A stretch of 49,694 nt of DNA from positions 1 through 49,694 of the forward strand of contig CAMZFU010000003.1 of NCBI GenBank assembly GCA_947306185.1, written 5' to 3'. Below are positions 1 to 9,225 of this stretch, piece by piece. This stretch comes from an uncultured Pseudomonadota bacterium. GTDB lineage: Bacteria > Pseudomonadota > Alphaproteobacteria > Rs-D84. The first letter of the stretch is position 1. The number at the start of each line of letters is the position of its first letter. A program made the position numbers and the translations under genes. The notes below the pieces were generated by a model that was not told the origin of the DNA, did no database searches, and saw nothing but the letters and a program-made list of their open reading frames with translations.

Positions 1-46
1 AGATAGACTTGGGTGACTGGAGTTCAGACGTGTGCTCTTCCGATCT
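1..46 (+). other. Illumina TruSeq P7/read-2 adapter remnant (artefact, not genomic)
   Basis: AGAT (end of P7) + 8-nt index AGACTTGG + GTGACTGGAGTTCAGACGTGTGCTCTTCCGATCT at 13-46, the exact TruSeq indexed-adapter sequence. Confidence 0.98.
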
Positions 47-796
47 GCATTGTTTACGGGTGCAAGCGATTATAACGCATCCGAAGACGCGGATAAACTA
101 ATCACAGCATCCGCATTAAAAAAAGCATTAACATTACCTGAAACTGATACGACGACATTGGAATGTGCGAATCCGTCGGACGGTTGTACATTATGGACAA
201 TCGTTGATCAAACGGCATACGGCGAAACGATAACATTGCCCGCGGGATATACACGTTTGGAATATATTCAGTCAAGTGGCGAACAATGGATTGATACGGG
301 GGTGAAACTTGCAAGTACGGATGTTGTCAGTGCTAATTTTAGAAATCTCACTAACACTGAATTTGGAGCATTATATGGTGTTTATCAAATGGGACAATCT
401 AGTGCCTTTTATGCAAGTGGAACATACTATGGATATAATGCAGAAAACGGAAAACTTGATACAAATATAGTTGTAGACACAAATTGGCATTCGGTGACAC
501 ACGATTTTCTTAATGGAAAATTGATTGTTGATGATACCACTGTACCATTTAGTGTTTTTGCGTTTAATAATGATGTGAACAATCATCTGTTTGCAAGGTA
601 TTATAACGGCTCTTATGGTTATTATTTCAAAGGGGGGGTAAAACAATATAAAATCACAAGAAACGGTAATATCATTTTGAATCTTATCCCGGCTAAAAAC
701 AGTTCCAATGAAATCGGTATGTACGATACCTTCAGTGGTCAATTCTTTAGGAATCAGGGAAGCGGTACCTTTACCGCCGGCCCAGAAATTAATTAA
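47..796 (+). CDS. 5'-truncated putative surface protein with C-terminal lectin/concanavalin-like (phage-tail-like) module; paralog of 33736-34686
   Basis: Frame is open from the adapter junction, and the listed start MLFRS is adapter-derived. Shares LPxGYTxLEYIxSxGxQxIxT and IPA..S..GMYDTxSxxFFxNQGxGxFTAGP motifs with the 33736-34686 product. The fold call is inference. Confidence 0.7.
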   Translation, partial: ALFTGASDYNASEDADKLITASALKKALTLPETDTTTLECANPSDGCTLWTIVDQTAYGETITLPAGYTRLEYIQSSGEQWIDTGVKLASTDVVSANFRNLTNTEFGALYGVYQMGQSSAFYASGTYYGYNAENGKLDTNIVVDTNWHSVTHDFLNGKLIVDDTTVPFSVFAFNNDVNNHLFARYYNGSYGYYFKGGVKQYKITRNGNIILNLIPAKNSSNEIGMYDTFSGQFFRNQGSGTFTAGPEIN

Positions 797-811
797 TGTA
801 TTAAATGTTAT

Positions 812-839
812 AAAAAAGCCGGCATACGCCGGTCTTTTT
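812..839. terminator. Bidirectional intrinsic terminator
   Basis: A6-GCCGGC ATAC GCCGG-TCT5 between convergent genes. Confidence 0.75.
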
Positions 840-1308
840 AATCATTTTTCTTACGTTTTCTGAACTCGTCTAATGACACAATTCGTCCGGTATCGGGGAT
901 CGTATCGCCCGTTCCTTCTAATGGTAATTCAATATCGTTGTCTGGTGCGGACGGTTCCGGTCTTTTACGGAACGACAACATAAAATCAACCGACGGATCC
1001 TTGAAATCAACCAATGCCGAAAATGGCACACGGATGAAAAACGGCCGGCCATCAAAAGTCAGTTGAACACCGAATTCTTTATCGGATACATGTAAATTAT
1101 TATATGAATATTGCAACACTATTGTCATAACATCTGGGTATCGTATACGTAAAAAATCCGGTAACACAACCCCCGCATCATGTGTGCGAAACGTTATAAA
1201 AAAATGCATTCCATCACCAAGACCGTTTATCTGTGCAAAAATTAATGCCTCGCGTACGACGGATTTAAGTGCATTATCCAATAACAATTGATAATCTATC
1301 TTTGCCAT
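838..1308 (-). CDS. sspB: ClpXP specificity-enhancing factor SspB (alphaproteobacterial type)
   Basis: HFFITFRT, RYPDVMTIVLQ, VPFSAL..F.DPSV.F and C-terminal IVSLDEFRK ClpX-binding motif. Confidence 0.92.
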   Translation of the reverse strand: MAKIDYQLLLDNALKSVVREALIFAQINGLGDGMHFFITFRTHDAGVVLPDFLRIRYPDVMTIVLQYSYNNLHVSDKEFGVQLTFDGRPFFIRVPFSALVDFKDPSVDFMLSFRKRPEPSAPDNDIELPLEGTGDTIPDTGRIVSLDEFRKRKKND

Positions 1309-1324
1309 ATCTTCCCCTTTGCCG

Positions 1325-2392
1325 TCAGATTATATTACTTACACCCCCATCAGTGCAAGAAACAAATATTGCATCTGGGACACCGATAAAAACATCGCTG
1401 TCTATGCCGGTTGCCCAAACTTGAGCCTGGGCGGCACCAAGTTCAGAAAATAATTTTTCACGTGCATTTTTATCAAGGTGTGCAACCGCTTCGTCCAATA
1501 ATATTATTGGGTTCGCCCCTGTTTTCGTGTGAACAAGTTTTGCGTGTGCCAGTATAAGGTTTAATAAGGTTGTCTTTTGTTGGCCGGTGCTAGTTAAATT
1601 CGCAGGCAGATTTAATACCATATTAAATACACCAAAATCAGATTTAGTTACCCCATCTAAAATCATTTTGTCATTTATTAATACACGATTAGATTTCAGG
1701 TATGTTAAATAATTACGTTCTGCATCGGCGGCATTTGTCGCCAAAATCATAGATTCAACCAGACCTTCAACAGATACCGCCGCATCAGATAAAAAATAAT
1801 TTATTTCGCCGGCATATTGAATACGTGCGGCGGCAATTGCAACGGCGGTTGATGCAATTTGGTCATCAAGTGCATCAATCCATTTGTCGTCTGCACCATT
1901 TTTTAATGCGCCGGCCCTTTCGGTCAAAAGTTTTGCGTGACGTGCAATGCGACCCGCATGTGCAGAATCAAAACTTGCGGCCAATCGGTCAAAAAACGCG
2001 CGCCGTTCTGATGCCCCTTCGGTAAAGATTCTGTCTTCGCGTGGGGTAATCCATACTATGCGCAGGTGTTTTGCCAAATCCGAAAGGTTCGCATTATCAC
2101 CGTCTATTTTTGCATGGCGGTTTGTATCGCCCGAATTAAAATATACGGACAATTCGGTGTCATCATTTGTGCACGCAAAGACGGAAAAACCACCGTTCCC
2201 ATTAAACTGTGCAATTTCACCCATTGGTGCACCACGCATACCACGATCACCGGCAAGCATAGACACGGCCTCTAATATTGCGGTTTTACCTGCACCATTT
2301 GCCCCAGTAATGATAATATTCTTGTGACCACCCGTTTCGATACGCGTGGATTTATGATTTCTAAAATCTGTAAGTGTCAGGTTTGTAATCAT
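1325..2392 (-). CDS. recF: DNA replication/repair protein RecF
   Basis: LTDFRNH N-terminus, Walker A GANGAGKT, STGQQK signature, ILLDEAVAHLD. Confidence 0.95.
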   Translation of the reverse strand: MITNLTLTDFRNHKSTRIETGGHKNIIITGANGAGKTAILEAVSMLAGDRGMRGAPMGEIAQFNGNGGFSVFACTNDDTELSVYFNSGDTNRHAKIDGDNANLSDLAKHLRIVWITPREDRIFTEGASERRAFFDRLAASFDSAHAGRIARHAKLLTERAGALKNGADDKWIDALDDQIASTAVAIAAARIQYAGEINYFLSDAAVSVEGLVESMILATNAADAERNYLTYLKSNRVLINDKMILDGVTKSDFGVFNMVLNLPANLTSTGQQKTTLLNLILAHAKLVHTKTGANPIILLDEAVAHLDKNAREKLFSELGAAQAQVWATGIDSDVFIGVPDAIFVSCTDGGVSNII

Positions 2393-2455
2393 ATCATCGT
2401 CAGAGTAAGAATTTTAACCGTTTTTTTCAAGCATAAAAACGAAGATTTTAATAAG

Positions 2456-2480
2456 AAAAAAAGCGGTATAAACCGCTTTT
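2456..2480 (-). terminator. Intrinsic terminator downstream of tRNA-Cys
   Basis: AAAAGCGGT ATAA ACCGCTTTT hairpin; U-tract on the minus strand. Confidence 0.7.
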
Positions 2481-2484
2481 ATTT

Positions 2485-2558
2485 TGGAGGCTTGGGTCGG
2501 AATCGAACCGGCATCCAAGGATTTGCAGTCCTCTGCATAACCACTCTGCCACCAAGCC
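2485..2558 (-). tRNA. tRNA-Cys (GCA)
   Basis: Reverse complement GGCTTGGTGGCAGAGTGGTTATGCAGAGGACTGCAAATCCTTGGATGCCGGTTCGATTCCGACCCAAGCCTCCA; 74 nt, anticodon GCA, encoded CCA. Confidence 0.97.
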
Positions 2559-2718
2559 GTCAAACTGACGGTGTAATACTAACAAAAAAAAATACTTTTT
2601 CAACATAAAAAATGTATAAAAAGCCTATTTCACGAAAAAGGTTGTGGGAATTATAACCCGTGGTAATTGTCGCGGTTACGTTCTTAAATATTTAACGTTA
2701 TAAAATGGGTTTATACAA

Positions 2719-3912
2719 ATGGAAAATATGAACGGGCAACCACACCAATATTTTATTAAACGTGTATTTATATTTTTATGGCGCCATAAATGGTGGTCTT
2801 TGATTGTGATAGTAATTTTATGTTCGCTAATTATATGGTGGATTATATCGGTATACACGAATAGGATTGAATATGTAACACTAAATATATCACGGGGCGA
2901 TATGAGATATGTTGTTACCGCCACAGGCGAAATAAACCCAGTAAATACGGTTAGTGTCGGTTCCCAGGTGTCGGGTACAATTCAAGAAATTGCCGTGGAT
3001 TACAATTCGCGCGTAAAAAAGGGCGATTTATTGTTAACTATTGAACCGTCTGTGTTACAGGCATCTGTTGATGAATCGCGTGCGGCATTGGATGCGGCGC
3101 AATCTAAATTAAATCTTGCTAAAAATAATTATGAACGGGACAGCACGCTGTATAAAGATGGTTTCATTGCCCGTGCCGAAATGGAAGAATCCCAGGCAAA
3201 TTATGAACAGGCAATCCAAATGGTAAAACAGGCCGAATCACAATATGAACGGGCGGTAACAAACCTTGGGTATGCAACGATTACATCGCCGGTTGATGGA
3301 ACTGTTATCGCGCGCAAGGTGGATAAAGGGCAAACTGTTGCGGCATCTTTCCAAACCCCAGATTTATTCGAAATTGCCGAAGATTTATCAAAAATGCAAA
3401 TTGAAACCGCGGTGTCAGAGGCCGACATTGGTGTTATTCACGAAGGCCAAAATGTAACCTTTACCGTTGATGCATATCCACAAAAGAAATTTAATGGTGT
3501 TGTCCGGCAAATACGCCTTTCACCGACCACAACATCGAATGTTGTTGTGTATACTGTGGTGATTGATGTTGATAATGCTGATTTAAGTCTTATGCCTGGA
3601 ATGACCGCATTTGTGACGATACTTATCTCTGAGGCCAAAGATGTATGGAAAACACAAAATGCCGCTTTTTTAGTTCGTGATTATAAAAATATAATTCAAG
3701 ATATGAAGGAAGATGTAAAACCATCAGAAAAATTGGCAATTCTGCGTGAACGAAAAATCGTCTATATACCGTATACCAAGGGTTTGACCACCGCAACCGA
3801 AACACAAATTGTGTCTGATGAAATAAAAAATGGCGACCGCGTAATTGTTGGACGTGTCGGCCAATCGGCAAGTTCATCTGCAACCCAGGCACGTCGTCGC
3901 GGACCAATGTAA
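2719..3912 (+). CDS. MacA-like periplasmic adaptor (membrane fusion protein) of an ABC/RND efflux system
   Basis: N-terminal TM segment, VSVGSQVSG.I..VDYNS.VKKG, ITSPVDGTVI, GQTVAASFQTP.LF.IA.DL, LMPGMTA. Confidence 0.92.
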   Translation: MENMNGQPHQYFIKRVFIFLWRHKWWSLIVIVILCSLIIWWIISVYTNRIEYVTLNISRGDMRYVVTATGEINPVNTVSVGSQVSGTIQEIAVDYNSRVKKGDLLLTIEPSVLQASVDESRAALDAAQSKLNLAKNNYERDSTLYKDGFIARAEMEESQANYEQAIQMVKQAESQYERAVTNLGYATITSPVDGTVIARKVDKGQTVAASFQTPDLFEIAEDLSKMQIETAVSEADIGVIHEGQNVTFTVDAYPQKKFNGVVRQIRLSPTTTSNVVVYTVVIDVDNADLSLMPGMTAFVTILISEAKDVWKTQNAAFLVRDYKNIIQDMKEDVKPSEKLAILRERKIVYIPYTKGLTTATETQIVSDEIKNGDRVIVGRVGQSASSSATQARRRGPM

Positions 3913-3939
3913 AAGAATAATAAATATACGGATATATCA

Positions 3940-5157
3940 ATGACATTTAATGATATCTTAAAAGAGTCTTGGATTTCTATTAGTGGCAATAAAGTCCGGT
4001 CTTTTCTAACAGTTCTTGGAATTATTATAGGTGTTTTGGCTGTTGTTATAATGGTTGCGGTTGGCGAAACAGTGCAAACAGAAATTACAGACCAATTTTC
4101 ATCACTTGGAACAAATACGATTGTTATACGTGCCGGTGCAGCAAAAATCGGTGGTGTGCGCAGTGGTAATCGTCAAACTCTTACCATTGATGATGCGGAT
4201 GTTATTGCAAAATTGCCGGACGTTGCGGCCGTGACACCGGTTCAGGCATCAGGTGCACAAATTGTTTATGGAAATCAAAATTGGTCCACATCAATGATAG
4301 GTGTATATCCCGATTACACAACGGTCCAAAGTGTTGAAACAGAATATGGTTCTTTCTTTGACCAGGTTGCTGTACGAAACGCATCTACTTATGCCGTAAT
4401 TGGCCCCAGAACGGCATCAGAATTAGGAATGGGCAAAGACCCGGTCGGTGAAGTAATTCGTATTCAGAATGTGCCATTTGTTATTGTTGGTGTGGCCAAA
4501 GAACGTGGTGATACCGCGATGGGTTCCCAAGATGATATGGTAATGATTCCGATAACAACACTAAAAAAACGTCTCCAGGGCAGTAAGTTTCCAAATGCGG
4601 TTAATATGATTGCGTTAAAACTGTTCCAAGACGCCGATAATTCAGTTGTTATTGACCAGATTTCTGCCCTGCTCCGTTCCCGGCACCGATTAAGGGATGG
4701 TGATGAAGACGATTTCCAAATCATGGATATGCGTCAAATTATGGAAACGATGACAACTGTTACGGGGTATCTAAAATTATTGCTTGTTGCGATTGCGGCG
4801 GTATCATTGTTGGTTGGCGCAATTGGAATTATGAATATGATGTTGGTTTCGGTTGCGGAACGTACACGCGAAATTGGTATACGTAAAGCCGTTGGTGCAC
4901 GGGAACGCAATATAATAATTCAATTCTTGGCGGAATCCATTACTATATCTTTTATTGGTTCAATGATAGGTCTGGTTTTGGGTGTTGGTTTATCGCAGGG
5001 AATAGGGCGTTTCATTTTGGGGTATAATGTTCCGTTTAGTTTATGGCCGGTCGCCCTGTCCGTTACGGTTGCGGTTGTGGTTGGACTTGCATCTGGGGTG
5101 ACGCCCGCAATCAAAGCGGCAAAATTAAACCCAATTGACAGTTTGCGATACGAATAA
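3940..5157 (+). CDS. MacB-type ABC transporter permease (no nucleotide-binding domain)
   Basis: NKVRSFLTVLGIIIGV, periplasmic core, VGAIGIMNMMLVSVAERTREIGIRKAVGA, AAKLNPIDSLRYE. Confidence 0.93.
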   Translation: MTFNDILKESWISISGNKVRSFLTVLGIIIGVLAVVIMVAVGETVQTEITDQFSSLGTNTIVIRAGAAKIGGVRSGNRQTLTIDDADVIAKLPDVAAVTPVQASGAQIVYGNQNWSTSMIGVYPDYTTVQSVETEYGSFFDQVAVRNASTYAVIGPRTASELGMGKDPVGEVIRIQNVPFVIVGVAKERGDTAMGSQDDMVMIPITTLKKRLQGSKFPNAVNMIALKLFQDADNSVVIDQISALLRSRHRLRDGDEDDFQIMDMRQIMETMTTVTGYLKLLLVAIAAVSLLVGAIGIMNMMLVSVAERTREIGIRKAVGARERNIIIQFLAESITISFIGSMIGLVLGVGLSQGIGRFILGYNVPFSLWPVALSVTVAVVVGLASGVTPAIKAAKLNPIDSLRYE

Positions 5158-5158
5158 T

Positions 5159-6763
5159 TTATTGAACTTTTCGTAACTTTTTACGTATTTTTGGTGCCAC
5201 ACTAAGACCATCTTTGGCGAGTTCTATGGCGCGCAAATATGCGTCCTTGGCATTTTCTTTGTCGCCATCCTTGGCATACGCATCGCCCAAGTGTTCGAAC
5301 AACGAAGAACAACTGGTTGCGCTGCGCCCTACCCTGGTCAAAATATCAAGTGCCGCATCATTGCCTTCGCGTTTTGCAACAACAAATGCCAATGTATCCC
5401 ATGCAACAATATCTGTTGGATCGTGTTTTACCATTGTCATCGCGTAATCATACGCGTTTTCTATTTCGCGTTCCTGGGTTGCCCAAATACGTGCCTGGAT
5501 AGTCAGTATTTCGGAATCCATTTTGGCGTATTTGGAAACTTCGTGAATATCTGTTTGTGCGGCATTTAAATCATCAAACAAGAAATGTACCAATGCACGA
5601 CGTTTGATTAAATAAAGGCGTCCTGCTTCGGATAAATTGTCATTTTTCAATGCGTTATTTATAACACGTAATGCGGCACTTTTGTCCCCTGTTCCGGTAT
5701 AAATAGCGGCCAATTTATTAATTGCCGGGATGAATAATGGTTGATGTGACAATATGTTTTGTAATGTTTCAATAGAATCCGTTTCTTCGGCAATGCGCAT
5801 TTGTGCAAATAAATAGAACGGATTGTCTTGGTTCAAGTTTCCAAAATGTGCCAAATAATCGCCACCAGTATTCGAGAAAAATTGTCCCATATAATAACTG
5901 ATACTATTGCCAATCCACACGTTATCGGGACTTATTACCTGGGCGAAACGCAACATTAATGCCGACAGGTCGGAAAATAACATTACCTTGGTATGTGATA
6001 CGTTCTGAACGAAATCAAATGCAAGTGCGTTTTTGTATCCACTAAAAGTGCCCCAATCCGGGAAATCGTCATAACTTAACATAAACATCCCACCCGGTGA
6101 TGATGTAAAATCCTTGCGCAGTTTTTCACCGGCATATGGCATATTGTTAGATTTGTAAAACGACATAAGGTATATATAATCGTTTATGTTCATAAAATCA
6201 GAAGAAACCCTACCAAATTCTTTCTCGGCACGGTCTATGTCGCCCGTTTCCGCATAAATCTGACCACGAATAAATGATTTCCACGACGCATTTGTTTCCA
6301 ATGTATCAATATATTTTATGGTCTCGCTGATACGATTTTTTGCAACCCCCGACCATATACGCAATGGTGCATACAATGCCGATGTGGTATCTTTGCGGCG
6401 CGTATATAATTCGTCCCATTTATCATTTTGCACAAGATACGCATCGTAAATAAAACGCGATGCTGCATCAGTGCTTTTTGCAAGGTTTTCTGGTGCATTT
6501 GGCAATTTTCCATTTAGAAACTCGGCCAAATAATATGTCCTACGCGGTACGGCATACTGAACATCAGCGAACTCCTTCGCAAAATTGGATGCGGATTGAA
6601 AATCATTTACGTAAATTGCGTGCTGGGTCGCTAAAAACGCCCCGTATTTTGTTGTTTGCATATCATTTTGTGGTGCTTCTTGATCATAATTTGATCTAAA
6701 AATTAATGCGCCTGCCATTAAAATGATGACAACAGTAAAAAAATAAAATAAAGTTTTTCTCAT
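5159..6763 (-). CDS. Envelope tetratricopeptide-repeat protein
   Basis: N-terminal hydrophobic anchor, YGAFLA..HA motif, C-terminal TPR helices (WDTLAFV...EHLGDAY...AY.RA.EL). Confidence 0.75.
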   Translation of the reverse strand: MRKTLFYFFTVVIILMAGALIFRSNYDQEAPQNDMQTTKYGAFLATQHAIYVNDFQSASNFAKEFADVQYAVPRRTYYLAEFLNGKLPNAPENLAKSTDAASRFIYDAYLVQNDKWDELYTRRKDTTSALYAPLRIWSGVAKNRISETIKYIDTLETNASWKSFIRGQIYAETGDIDRAEKEFGRVSSDFMNINDYIYLMSFYKSNNMPYAGEKLRKDFTSSPGGMFMLSYDDFPDWGTFSGYKNALAFDFVQNVSHTKVMLFSDLSALMLRFAQVISPDNVWIGNSISYYMGQFFSNTGGDYLAHFGNLNQDNPFYLFAQMRIAEETDSIETLQNILSHQPLFIPAINKLAAIYTGTGDKSAALRVINNALKNDNLSEAGRLYLIKRRALVHFLFDDLNAAQTDIHEVSKYAKMDSEILTIQARIWATQEREIENAYDYAMTMVKHDPTDIVAWDTLAFVVAKREGNDAALDILTRVGRSATSCSSLFEHLGDAYAKDGDKENAKDAYLRAIELAKDGLSVAPKIRKKLRKVQ

Positions 6764-6788
6764 GACGAAATTATGCTACAATAATAAT

Positions 6789-7373
6789 ATGAATAGTAAA
6801 GAAAAATTTAATTGTTATGCCGAAATTCTGCGTGAATGGTCGGCGAAAATGAATCTTGTTGCACCAAGCACGTTATCAGATATTGAGACGCGGCATTTTG
6901 CCGATTCGGCGCAGTTGGCGGATGTTTTACCAAAAAATGTTAACATAATTGATTTCGGCAGTGGCGCTGGTTTCCCTGGGGTTGTCCTTGCAATTATGGG
7001 ATGGAATGTTACGTGCATCGAATCGATTGGTAAAAAAGTACAATTTCTCAACGCAGTAAAAACAGAACTTGAAATTGATAATTTAACGATTTTTCATGGG
7101 CGGGTTGAAAAATTCTTACCGGCCTTTTTAACAAAAAACAACAAAAACACCGGTAAAAATGGTGCGGGTTTTGTTGTTACTGCGCGTGCTTTTGCACCAT
7201 TAATTAAAATTTTAGATTATGTTCGCGGTATAAATTGCCGACTTTTTCTATTAAAAGGCCGGGAAATTGAAAAAGAAATCGCAATTGCAAAACAAAAATA
7301 CAAGTTTAGCTATGAACTCGTTCCGTCAAAAACGGGCGATGGGTTCATTATAATTATCGATTTTAACCGGTAA
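6789..7373 (+). CDS. rsmG: 16S rRNA m7G527 methyltransferase RsmG (GidB); start set at the third Met
   Basis: WSAKMNLVA, RHFADSAQL, DFGSGAGFPG, VTARAFA, LKG. Confidence 0.93.
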   Translation: MNSKEKFNCYAEILREWSAKMNLVAPSTLSDIETRHFADSAQLADVLPKNVNIIDFGSGAGFPGVVLAIMGWNVTCIESIGKKVQFLNAVKTELEIDNLTIFHGRVEKFLPAFLTKNNKNTGKNGAGFVVTARAFAPLIKILDYVRGINCRLFLLKGREIEKEIAIAKQKYKFSYELVPSKTGDGFIIIIDFNR

Positions 7374-7387
7374 TTTCATATGAAACA
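7372..7387. promoter_or_regulatory. Degenerate parS site
   Basis: AATTTCATATGAAACA versus consensus TGTTTCACGTGAAACA (4 differences, palindromic core kept). Confidence 0.55.
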
Positions 7388-7432
7388 AAATGTAATTTGT
7401 TGATATTACATGTTTTTTGTATTTTGTAAACT

Positions 7433-7448
7433 TGTTTCATGTGAAACA
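7433..7448. promoter_or_regulatory. parS centromere-like site
   Basis: TGTTTCATGTGAAACA, one mismatch from the ParB consensus, directly upstream of parA-parB. Confidence 0.88.
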
Positions 7449-7555
7449 ATGTATAACTATATGATTTTATTGGTTTTTTATTGTGTAAAATTTACATCTT
7501 GACCGTTTTGTCTTTTTGATTTATGTTTTTATTGTTGAAAAAAAGGAAGGGTGAT

Positions 7556-8332
7556 ATGACAGAAATAATTGCGTTTGCAAACCAAAAAGGCGGTGTTGGT
7601 AAGACGACGACAGCAATAAATTTGGGATCGTCCCTTGCAGCAATTAAAAAACGTGTTTTGTTGATAGATTTAGATTCCCAAGGTAACGCCGGAACCGGAC
7701 TTGGGTTTGTGCGTTCTTCGCACCCACAAAGTGTTTACGGCGTGTTAATGGGAACGGCGACGGCCGCAGAAAATATACTATCTACGGCGGTCCCGGGGTT
7801 GCATATTTTGCCGTCAACTCAGGCATTAGCTGGTGCAGCGGTGGAATTAGTGGATGTAGAAAATCGCGAATACCGTTTGCGTGATGCATTGCAACCAATT
7901 ATGGAACATTATGATTATATTTTATTGGATTGCCCCCCTGCCCTGGATTATGTGACACTCAATGCTTTAACAACCGCAAATCATGTGATAATTCCGCTTC
8001 AGTGTGAATTTTTCCCGCTTGAAGGTGTTTTGCACCTATTTAATAGCATTAAGGGTGTGCGCGAAAAATGGAATTCAAACTTGGATGTTTTGGGGGTTTT
8101 GTTAACTATGTATGACCGTCGATATGGTATAACGCGTGAAGTTGAGGAAAATGTTCGGGCAACGTTCGGCGACAAAGTATTCAAAACGGTTATACCGCGT
8201 AACGTCCGTGTTGCCGAAGCCCCAAGTCACGGTAAACCGGCATTATTTTATGATTTTAATTCCACCGGGGCACAGGCATATTTGCGTGTTGCAACCGAGG
8301 TTGTTCAGAAATTAGAAAATGGAGAATTATAA
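7556..8332 (+). CDS. parA: Chromosome partitioning ATPase ParA (start at MTEII)
   Basis: ANQKGGVGKTT deviant Walker A, DLDSQGNA, DCPP, IPLQCEFF..EG, IPRNVRVAEAPSHGKP. Confidence 0.96.
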   Translation: MTEIIAFANQKGGVGKTTTAINLGSSLAAIKKRVLLIDLDSQGNAGTGLGFVRSSHPQSVYGVLMGTATAAENILSTAVPGLHILPSTQALAGAAVELVDVENREYRLRDALQPIMEHYDYILLDCPPALDYVTLNALTTANHVIIPLQCEFFPLEGVLHLFNSIKGVREKWNSNLDVLGVLLTMYDRRYGITREVEENVRATFGDKVFKTVIPRNVRVAEAPSHGKPALFYDFNSTGAQAYLRVATEVVQKLENGEL

Positions 8333-8333
8333 A

Positions 8334-9218
8334 ATGTCAAAATTTGGATTGGGACGTAGTTTAAGCGATTTGCAAAATGAAATTGGTGTTGCACCAGATA
8401 TTTCAATTTTGTCGGGCACAGAACGTGTAATTGTGCGTCAAATACCACTTGTACAAATAGGTGTTAATCCTGATCAGCCACGTAAAACGTTTGATGATGG
8501 CGATTTGCAAGATTTAGCGGCATCCATTCGTGAAAAGGGTGTTTTGTCACCAATCTTGTTACGGCCGGTCAAGGGCAGAGCATACAGTTATGAAATCGTG
8601 GCGGGTGAACGCAGATATCGTGCGAGCAAATTGGCAGGATTAAATGAAATACCGGCATTTATTAAGAATTTAGCTGATGAAAATGCGATGGAAATTGCAT
8701 TGATAGAAAATGTTCAACGTGAAGATTTAAATCCAATAGAAGAGGCCGCCGGGTATGTGAATTTGATGAATAAATGCAAATATACATTGGAAGATGTATC
8801 GCGTTTAATAGGTAAATCAGAAAGTTATATAAGAAATTCGATTCGTTTGAATGGGTTACCTGTATCTGTTAAGAAAATGGTAGAGCAGGGCGAGATTTCC
8901 GCTTCGCATGCGCGTACAATTGCGGTTGCCGAAAATCCTGAGGAATTGGCCAAAGAGATTGTTGCCAAGAAAATGACGGTTGCCGATACGGAACAGCGTA
9001 TGAAAAATGTTTCGCGTTCCACCAGTACCCGTAAATTTAATGATAAAACAATGGATGCCAAGGTTGTTCGTGAATTAACGAATCGCGTGGCGCGTGCATT
9101 GGGGACACGCGTTAAAATCACCGAACGTCGTGGCGGTGCGGGTGCCATAACAATCACATTTGACACGCGCAATCAGTTAAACGAAATTATTAACAAAATT
9201 GCCGGCAAAAACGAATAA
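8334..9218 (+). CDS. parB: Chromosome partitioning protein ParB (start at MSKFGLGR, GGAG SD upstream)
   Basis: GLGRSL ParA-interaction motif, NPDQPRKTF, IVAGERRYRA CTPase motif, ALIENVQREDLNPIEEA, HTH. Confidence 0.96.
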   Translation: MSKFGLGRSLSDLQNEIGVAPDISILSGTERVIVRQIPLVQIGVNPDQPRKTFDDGDLQDLAASIREKGVLSPILLRPVKGRAYSYEIVAGERRYRASKLAGLNEIPAFIKNLADENAMEIALIENVQREDLNPIEEAAGYVNLMNKCKYTLEDVSRLIGKSESYIRNSIRLNGLPVSVKKMVEQGEISASHARTIAVAENPEELAKEIVAKKMTVADTEQRMKNVSRSTSTRKFNDKTMDAKVVRELTNRVARALGTRVKITERRGGAGAITITFDTRNQLNEIINKIAGKNE

Positions 9219-9225
9219 AATTATT

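Noticed and set aside
32-46. GTG start of ORF 32..796
   Set aside because: Lies inside the Illumina adapter.
47-796. Diversity-generating retroelement acting on the surface paralogs
   Set aside because: No reverse transcriptase and no near-identical template/variable repeat pair differing at adenines; the paralogs are broadly diverged.
2684-2695. Palindrome TTAAATATTTAA upstream of the macA-like gene
   Set aside because: Pure A/T palindrome in an AT-rich spacer, expected by chance; spacing does not fit CtrA TTAA-N7-TTAA.
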